Assembly (NCBI GenBank): GCA_002269645.1
Contig: NIVC01003837.1
Location: 10,493 to 74,492 of the forward strand
Direction: 5' to 3'
Length of the DNA: 64,000 bases
DNA from: Macrostomum lignano
Taxonomy: Eukaryota
Shown: positions 55,396-64,000 of the stretch, piece after piece
How the letters are laid out: every line of letters begins with the position of its first letter
Position numbering within the stretch: the first letter of the stretch is position 1
Notes under the pieces: model-generated
Told to the model about the DNA's origin: nothing
Database searches by the model: none
What the model saw: the letters and a program-made list of their open reading frames with translations, nothing else
Program-made: the position numbers and the translations under genes

Positions 55396-58300
55396 CTACA
55401 AAAGCGAGCCCCCAGCAGAGGTCGATGGCCCGGCAACGGAGGAAGCCGCGGCTGCCGACGCCGAGTGTCGGACAATTCGTCGGGAACGTCGCTGCTGACG
55501 TCGGGACAGTCGCTCGCCGTCGCTGTCCTCGTCGTAGCCGATCGCGTTGTTGTCGGCCTCGAAGCTGCTGTCGGAGTCACCGGAGTCGTTGATAGCAGTT
55601 GATGACGCGGTCAGCACGCCGGCCGGGCCGGCCGTGAGGTCGCGGAAGGCGATGACAGCGCTCAGCAGGGGGTCGCCGACCCGCGGCAGCCACAGGGCGG
55701 CAACGAATGCCAGGACTGTCAGCGGGCCGCCGACTGAGAGGCGCCAAATCTCTGAGGCCGGCTGCGGGTTGGCGACCGTGCAGGAGCATCTGGGAGGCTG
55801 GCCCAACAACTGGGGATCTGGGAGGCTGGCCCAGCAACTGAGGATCTGGGAGGCTGGCTTAGCAACTGAGGATCTGGGAGGCTGGCCCAGCAACTGAGGA
55901 TCTGGGAGGCTGGCCCAGCAACTGGGGATCTGGGAGGCTGGCCCAGCAACTGAGGATCTGGGAGGCTGGCCCAGCAACTGAGGATCTGGGAGGCTGGTCA
56001 AGCAACTGAGGATCTGGGAGGCTGGCCCAGCAACTGGGGATCTGGGAGGCTGGCCCAGCAACTGAGGATCTGGGAGGCTGGCCCAGCAACTGAGGATCTG
56101 GGAGGCTGGTCAAGCAACTGAGGATCTGGGAGGCTGGCCCAGCAACTGGGGATCTGGGAGGCTGGGAGTGAACAGCTATGGAAGGCAGCCACAGGCCAAA
56201 ATCAATAAAAAACAGGCATCTCACCCTGTGAAAGAAGGCAATGCCAGCCACACAGGCCAGCGGCACGGCAAGGGTGCAGGACATGCAAGCTGCCAGGCTG
56301 TTGGTCAGGTAGCAACCGCTGCAGTGTGAAAAAGTCGTAGCCACTTATAAATTTGAAATAATCGAGATTAAAAGACAATCTTTAAATAAGTCGGACAGAA
56401 CTCACAGCACCAGCAGGAACTCGGACAGCGCCACGCCAGTCAAGCCGTGGAACACGAATCTGCCCCAGTTGGTGGCGTTGGGCAATTGGAACTGTTCCAG
56501 CCGGGAGTAGTGCAGGATGAAGAAGCCGGGCCACATGGTCAGGCAGCTGACTGCACCGATGAAGCCTGAGCCCAGGTGCGGGATGCATTTGACATTTTAT
56601 CCCACCTGAGAATGACTCGATGACCCGATCGCAGAATAACCCTATGATCAAACCTGAGAATGACTCTATGATCCCACCTGAGAATGACCTATGATCCTAC
56701 CTGAGAATGACGTCATCAACCCACCTAAGAATGACGTCATCAACCCACCCGAGAATGACGTCCTCAACCAATCCGAGAATGACGTCATCAACCAACCCGA
56801 GAATGACGTCATCAACCAATCCGAGAATGACGTCATCAACCAACCCGAGAATGACGTCATCAACCCACCGAGAATGACGTCATCAACCAACCCGACAATG
56901 ACGTCATCAAGAAATCCGAGAATGACGTCATCAACACGCCAGTGAATGAGATCAAGACTTACCAAAAAACATCGCTAAGGAGGGCAGCGACCGCAGTCGT
57001 GGCGCCCGACGCCTGAGCCCTACGAGGCTTAAAGCGACGCACAGGGCGCCAAGCGCCGCTAGAACGGAGCCCCACAGACCGCTGCCGGTGGAGGCGCCAA
57101 CAAAGAGATGCCGCCATGCGAGCAGCTGCGGCCAGGCGATCAGCAGGGCACCAGCGACGCAGGCCAGGACGCAGGCCGCTTTGCTGAGCGTGGCGGCGTC
57201 CGGCTCAGCGCTGCCGGTTCTCCTGCCGCCTCGGCGACCACTAGTGTCCGGCGCCACTGACGGAAAGAGTCCGGCCAGCAGCAGCGCCGCCACAGGCGCC
57301 ACAGCGGCCGAGACAAAGGCGACAGCTGTTTGAGTTGACAGGGCTTGGCGCTGGGACTCCAGCAGGCACCAGGTGGATACGAACCAGAGCGGTGCGAACA
57401 TTAGCGCCAGCTGTGGTGGTGGTGGGGGGGCAATGAGGGGACTATAATTATTTTCGATACATATCGGTCACCATTTAAATTCGATGCTATCATAGAATCT
57501 TATACGATTAAAAACTACCAAGAATTGTTTTTCATCTCTTTCGATACATATCGGATAGGCATTGAGTGCATTGTGATAATGAGCTCACATATCGGAAGAT
57601 TTAAGATAGACAGCATGCCAATTATCAGTTTTTATTGCGTAACAGACTTTTTAACAATAGCTGACTCTCGGTCAAGTGTGCCCGGCACTGCACTCCTACC
57701 ACTCCCGCCGCGTGCTTGCGTCAACCCCCCCCATTCTGTCTCGGCTGGCTGCGGCCCCAGTGCGCCCCTCGCTCGCCCTGCGATTGGCTGGCGGTCCAAT
57801 GTGTACTTCCCTCCACCAATCGCGACCCCGGCGCGCTTTGTAACTTTTAAGACTCGTAACTTTGGCTATCTGGGCCTGAGGTAGCGATACCCCAGGGCTT
57901 AACCAGCTAGCGTAAATATAAATTTATGCAGGAGCGATTGATATATACGCAGCTGCAAGCTCCGTTACAACCAAAACTGAACTTACTCAGAAGCCAATCT
58001 TTACTCAGAACTTTCGCCAGAAGTTGAGAGAAGCAACCCTGCCGCCGCCATGACTATTGCGAGAAAATAAGAGAGTGAGTCGCGTGTCTTTGTAATTTGC
58101 GGGACTGGCTGGGTTTAATTTGTGCCGTAGGGCGTCCGAAGTCAGTCCGGCCAGTTGGCTGACGCCATCTTCGGCTCGTCCACTGAGATAACTAGAGTTG
58201 CGGTCCGGCCTTTAGCACAACATGCACACTGTACGTATAATAATTAACAATGTTGTTTTCCATACATATCGGCAGTCACAGATACATCAAGAAATCGAGA

Positions 58301-60155
58301 TTTAGGATTGCAAAAGGCTAAACTCGTGTTATAACCCGCTATTGAAAATTAGAGCAGATACATAGTTATATTCTTTTCGATACATATCGGCAGTCTCCAA
58401 ACGCCCACCTTGACAGTTTCCACCAGTGACAGAGTCCCAGCTGCGGCAGACGCTGGATCAGTCGGAGTCGCTTCAGCTGCCTCGCTCGCCGGCGTCACCT
58501 CAGCATCGGCATTGAACTCGACATTCTCGTCATCGAAATCGTGCTCAAAATCATCGTAATCCAACTCGTCTTCGTCGAATTCGTCCAACTCGTCGGTGAC
58601 TTCTAGCGACGATTCCAAGGCTCGCTGGTAGGCCTGATAGGACATCCTCGCCATCGAGGCGGCGTGGGCTTCGCTTTCGCTTAGCTGGCGAACCTCCGAG
58701 ATTCGAGAGAATCGAACGCCACGAGCTCGTCTGGCCTCAGGCAGAGGTTGAGACTGCGGCAGCAGGGGGAAGCTTCATCGGCGGCAGCGAATGCTCCCGG
58801 GGCCGATGGGGCAGGCGAAGCATATTCGGCGTTCAGACTGGAGTACAGCTCCGCCTCCGTGCTGCTCGAGTCGAATTGGACCGGCACAAAATGGGGGTCG
58901 CTCTGAGAGAGGAAAAGAGGGTTGGATTGCATACAGTACTAACAGTAAATTGACCTCAGATGACCCCTGGGTTGACGTTAGAATTAACGATCTGACCTCA
59001 GATGACCCCTGGGTTGACGTTAGAATTAACGATCTGACCTCGAGTTAATATCTGGATTGGCCTCAGATTGATATCTGGATTGACCTCAGATTGATGACCT
59101 CAGATTGATATCTGTGTTGACCTCAAAATGATTTCTGGATTGACCTCAGATTGATATCTGGATTGACCTCAGATTGATATCTGGATTGACCTCAGATTGA
59201 TATCTGTGTTGACCTCAAAATGATTTCTGGATTGACCTCAGATTGATGACCTCAGATTGATATCTGGATTGACCTCAGGTTGTTATCTGGATTGACCTCA
59301 GGTTGTTATCTTGATTGACCTCAGATTGATATCTGGATTGACCTCAGGTTGTTATCTTGATTGACCTCAGATTGATATCTGGATTGACCTCAGATTGATA
59401 TCTGGATTGACCTCAGATTGATATCTGGATTGACCTCAGATTGATATCTGTATTGACCTCAGGTTGATATGTGTTGAACTCAGACTGACCTTCCTATCAG
59501 CGGAGCACTGTCCCTTTACCCAACTTTTATTCACCATCTTTGCTTCATCAGCCTTTTCAGCGGCTTCTTCAACAGTTGCCAGATTATCATAGTCAGTCAC
59601 GCCTTCGCCAATCTGTACATCGCTAGCGTCAACTACAGCAGGTCGCTGGCGCTGCCGCTCCGGCCGACGCCTAGAAGAATACAAAAATCTCCGCTGCTGC
59701 CACCAATCCGGCAGGAAGGAGAAGCCGATCAACTGCAGCGACATCAGACAAGCGGATGTGTACACCACTAGAAACGGCCGATCCGAATTAGCCAGAGTAC
59801 TGGGCTCCGGACCGTCTGTTGACATTGTGAAATTCGACAATACCGCCGACAAGTCCGACGGTCTCGCATGTCGACGATGAACGGCGTCGACAATCAGCCT
59901 GGCCAGGTGACCGCCAAACGCGCTAAGCAGAGCCGACGCAATTAAACAGCCGAAGCCCGACAGTCTGTTGGCGAGCCGACGGCGAAATAACCTCCTACGA
60001 CGGCGACGGCGAATCCGACGGTGCCGGTAGTAGTCGGCTGATGGCGTCGGTGGCGCGGCCACCAAGCGACTGGGCGGTCCGATGCCTAGAGTGCCTCTCA
60101 TAAATTTTTTGCATGCGCTATAGATACTACTTAGAGTGGTAACTATGCGATACAT
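55396..60155 (-). CDS. SLC35F5: SLC35F5-like EamA/DMT-family transporter (6 exons; 1-nt frameshift in exon 2)
   Basis: Exons 60155-59490, 58902-58409, 57410-56963, 56565-56406, 56318-56225, 55761-55396. Motifs RPFLVVYT, SDPHFVPVQF, VRFSRISEVRQL..ARMSY, FAPLWF, TLSK, MFFGFIG..WPGFFILHYS.LE.FQLP, LSEFL..LGCYLT, TL.VPL match SLC35F5 orthologues. Exon 2 needs a frame change near 58770. The start could be 60101. Confidence 0.82.
55790..56935. repeat. SLC35F5-like intronic arrays: 28-bp (55790-56163) and 24-bp TGACGTCA-containing (56600-56935)
   Basis: gggaggctggcccagcaactgaggatct units; cccgagaatgacgtcatcaaccaa units. Confidence 0.92.
58950..59470. repeat. 23-bp minisatellite (gattgacctcagattgatatctg)n
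   Basis: Fills intron 1 of the SLC35F5-like gene. Confidence 0.9.
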
Positions 60156-60227
60156 GCTACTTATATTGATTTTTATAGTTACAGACTTCTACTTCTGATG
60201 ATGGTTTTGTTTAGTCGATTTGCGGTA

Positions 60228-61727
60228 TATACTACTTATGGATTTGACTAAATAGGTTGCGGTATGTACTACTTATGGATTTGACTGAATAGGTTGCGGT
60301 ATGTACTACTTATGGATTTGACTGAATAGGTTGCGGTATGTACTACTTATGGATTTGACTAAATAGGTTGCGGTATGTACTACTTATGGATTTGACTGAA
60401 TAGGTTGCGGTATATACTACTTATGGATTTGACTAAATAGGTTGCGGTATGTACTACTTATGGATTTGACTGAATAGGTTGCGGTATATACTACTTATGG
60501 ATTTGACTGAATAGGTTGCGGTATGTACTACTTATGGATTTGACTGAATAGGTTGCGGTATGTACTACTTATGGATTTGACTGAATAGGTTGCGGTATGT
60601 ACTACTTATGGATTTGACTGAATAGGTTGCGGTATGTACTACTTATGGATTTGACTGAATAGGTTGCGGTATGTACTACTTATGGATTTAACTGAATAGG
60701 TTGCGGTATATACTACTTATAGATTTGTCTAATCAGGTTGCGTATATACTACTAATGGATTAAACCTAATGGATTGCGGTATGAACTACCCATACGGTTT
60801 TCAATATTTTCTCCGCACATTCTATTTGATGTCTCGAATAATACGAGTAGTAGCATGAGACGCATATTAAGTTTGCGGCTAGACAGATATTTCTTAAAAG
60901 TGAAATAAATTAGCAAAAAAGTAGAACAAAGCACAAAGCTAAATTTCTCGAATCGCAAAACGACATTAAATATATTTTAGAGAGCAAACAATTAGCAAAT
61001 GTATTTGACTTATTTCGCAACTAAGCTTGTGATTAGATCCGTTCTCTACTTATCGAATCTACCAGAAATAGATATTAAGAATAATTATTACTATTAATAA
61101 CACCTGCTGAGAAAACAAAAGTGAATATTATGTTTAACGGAACATTAAACCAATGAGTAATGAAAGTAAACTTGTGTGTTTCTGGCACTCGTAAAAATAT
61201 AATTTGTCAAGTATAAGCTTACTCGCAAATAAACGACAATAATAAAGAAATCACAGGGCTTACAATAGGCCTGCAGCAGGGAAGATTAAAATAGGCGAAT
61301 ACCGGAAACGATATGTAAAGTAAGCTAATAGATTTTCATTGACTCGTAACTCATCATTGGCTAACTGATAGGTCAGGCCAACTCTGTATGAATGGGTCAG
61401 ACTAATACAATGTGGGTCAGACTAACACAATGTGGGTCAGACTAACACAATGTGGGTCAGACTAACACAATGTGGGTCAGACTAACACAATGTGGGTCAG
61501 ACTAACACAATGTGGGTCAGACTAACACAATGTGGGTCAGACTAACACAATGTGGGTCAGACTAATACAATATGGGTCAGACTAACACTATGTGGGTCAG
61601 ACTAACACAATATGGGTCAGACTAACATGATGTGGGTCAGACTAACACTATGTGGGTCAGACTAACACAATATGGGTCAGACTAACATGATGTGGGTCAG
61701 ACTAACACATGGGTCAGACTAACACAA
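60228..61727. repeat. Intergenic arrays: 37-bp (60228-60745) and 20-bp (61395-61727)
   Basis: gttgcggtatgtactacttatggatttgactgaatag; tgtgggtcagactaacacaa. Confidence 0.95.
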
Positions 61728-62495
61728 GTCAGACAAGCCAAAATTTGGGTCAAAAAAGCACTACACGGGTCAGACATGCTCAAACGAGTCAGAAAGTCGA
61801 ATTAAATTTTGAGTAAGCGGAAAAATAAATTGCACAAAAATAGTCGGTCTCTTGCTTACATATTTTTGGCAATTATATTTCATCAATCGAGAAAATACGG
61901 AGATCAGAGTGTAGAGAAACTAATCATACTACTTATCATAGTACGGAGCGCGCAGTAAGGAGAGAAAAAGTTTATAAGAAACAACATTGTCGGTATTTTA
62001 TTTGCAACATCCCAAAACCAGCATATTGATTAAATCAAATTTGAAAAGCTAAACGAAACCAAAGTTGAATTTGCAAGTAGCCAATCGTATGAATCATAAT
62101 TTAAATAAAACAAAATCAATTCGACTAACACAAGTTATTAAGCATGAGTTTATCGGGATGAGTTAGGTACTCGTAAAAAACTTTGATTGACAATAGTTAA
62201 CTGCACTATGACCGAATATATAGTCACTAATATCGTAGTAAGTCATTAAACTGATTATATATAAACGTCAAGACCACTAATCCGATTCTAAATATCCCAA
62301 TTTTGACTCTTAAAGCTAGATCCCAATTCTGAATCTGAAATATCCCAATTAGATCAACCACAGATATCCCACAGATATCCCAACAGATCCCAATTAGGAA
62401 TCCAACAGATCCCAATTAGGAATCCAAGACATCCCAATTACAATTCATAAATACTAAGACGAAGCTCCCAGACCCCGAATCCCTATATCGAACTG

Positions 62496-64000
62496 TCAAA
62501 AGTCGGAGTCTTTCACGCTCTGCTTCAAATAGGCGGTGTACAGCTCCTTCCGCTGGGCTTCCACAAAGCCGGTCACGTGATCGCTGACCTGGCCGAGGCG
62601 GCGCCGCTCAGCCCTGGTGAGCCGCTTGGCGGTGCGGCCGCACAGGCGGGCGAGGACAAAGCAGAACAGGGCAACAGCGGCCACCCCGCCGAACAGGTGC
62701 GAACTGTACTCGGCCGGGAAGCGTCGATAGAGCGGCACGAGAAAGTCGTGCAACGGAGTCGAATAGCCTAGAAACTGGATAGCAACAGGTTGGGAGACGC
62801 AAATGGCGAGCAGTACGGGCAGCACGAGGGCCAGCAGGCTGAATAGTAGGAAACGAAATCTGGCGCCGCAGTTGGCGCGACCGCGGGCGGCGTCGGCAGC
62901 GATGTCTTCGTGGCAGCGACGCGAGATCAACTGGGGGGAGGGGAGGGGTTGACAGGCTGTGTCTCGATCGATAACACTCAGCATACATGCGCAACCTTGG
63001 GAATCACTCGGCCGTTTCTATTGGCAAACACACACACACACACACATGTAAGTCGCTATTGGCTGAGAGCAGTCACGTGACTACTATTCCGTCCAATAGC
63101 GACTTACATGTGTGTGTGTTGCCAATAGAAAAGGCCGGGTGAATCCCTAGGTTGCGCCCAAGTATGGATAACAGGATCTTGAAAGCAACAGGAAGATAAT
63201 AGATCAACCTCTGATCAACTGGAAGACAATGCCTGTCCATGAGCATCTTGAAGACAATGCCTCAGTCTATGAACATCTTGAAGACACAGTCTCAGTCTAT
63301 GAGCATCTTGAAGACAATGTCTCAATCTACTAGTCTTGTATGAGAATCTTGAGGACGATGGCTCAATCTATGAGCATCTTGAAGACAATGACTCAATCTA
63401 TGAGCATCTTGAAGACAATGGCTCAATCTATGAGCATCTTGAAGACAATGACTCAATCTATGAGCATCTTGAAGACAATTCCTCAATCTATGAGCATCTT
63501 GAAGACAACGCCTTAATCTGTGAGTATCTTGAAGACAATGCCTCAATCTATGAGCATCTTGAAGACAATGGCTCAATCTACGAGTATCTTGAAGACAATG
63601 TCTCAATCTATGAGCATCTTGAAGACAATGGCTTAATCTATGAGTATCTTGAAGACAATGTCTTAATCTATGCGCATCTTGAAGACAATGCCTCAATCTA
63701 TGAGGATCGATCTTGAAAAGAATGTCTCAATCTGTGAGTATCTTGAAGACAATGCCTCTATATAAGAATACTTGGAAGATGACTTAAGTTTTTTCTAACC
63801 TTGCAATCGTGCTCAAGCGCATTCAGAGTATGCTGCAGCGTCATCTGAATAGCCTTGTCAATAGTTTTGGCGGCTTCGTCGATCTGATTGACGCAACGAG
63901 TCGGCTTGGCCCGATTGGGATTGTAGATGGTGTGAATGTCGAAGCAGGTCCGATTTAGAGACGGCCATTTGCACACCTCCTGGGTGATCTGCATCAGCAC
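62496..64000 (-). CDS. Last two exons of an uncharacterised protein with C-terminal TM segments (5' part beyond the window)
   Basis: Exon >64000-63800 (LMQITQEVCKWPSLNRTCFDIHTIYNP..CVNQIDE..LEHDCK|gttaga), phase-0 splice to acceptor ccccag| at 62930, then LISRR..FLLFSLLALVLPVLLAI..LFGGVAAVALFCFVLA..* at 62496. Family not confidently recognised. Confidence 0.7.
62989..63157. mobile_element. Hairpin MITE in intron
   Basis: ~75-bp TIRs gcgcaacc(t)tggga(a)tcac..ctattggcaa(ca)n-tgtaagtcgctattgg around a short loop containing gtcacgtgac. Confidence 0.75.
63205..63760. repeat. 30-bp intronic minisatellite (tatgagcatcttgaagacaatgcctcaatc)n
   Basis: Tandem units in the last intron of the minus-strand gene. 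Confidence 0.93.

Overview
Eukaryotic (animal) genomic DNA with GT-AG spliceosomal introns. Its style (introns filled with minisatellites and (ATCT)n/(AG)n/(GTCT)n tracts, lectin genes) resembles Macrostomum-type flatworm assemblies; the species is an inference. No prokaryotic features, CRISPR arrays or rRNA were found. Left to right: (1) the 5' part of a SHANK-family scaffold gene on the minus strand (FERM-like N-terminal domain plus ankyrin repeats), probably with a ~510-aa disordered first exon; (2) a tandemly duplicated two-gene cassette (~13.9-19.4 kb and ~22.7-29.5 kb). Each copy holds an unusual gene with degenerate, apparently catalytically dead LRAT/NlpC-P60-like domains, ~4 TM helices and a Cys-rich tail, followed by a secreted C-type lectin(+PAN-like) gene; (3) a fibrinogen-domain pseudogene fragment, a SINE head and unassigned exon-like pieces; (4) a 5.5-kb near-perfect palindrome made of two inverted copies of a TIR-bounded element, flanked by MITEs and a hAT element with an 8-bp TSD; (5) a complete 8-exon UBA1 gene (+); (6) a 6-exon SLC35F5-like transporter gene (-); (7) the last two exons of an uncharacterised membrane-protein gene (-). 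The main leads are the pseudo-LRAT/4TM + lectin cassette with copy-specific in-frame repeat expansions, intronic minisatellites that repeat YAG|GT splice-junction motifs on the host sense strand, the giant TIR palindrome, and a dispersed CGATA-CA-TATCG palindromic motif clustered in the SLC35F5-like gene. Several single-base frameshifts fall in short homopolymers and may be assembly errors.
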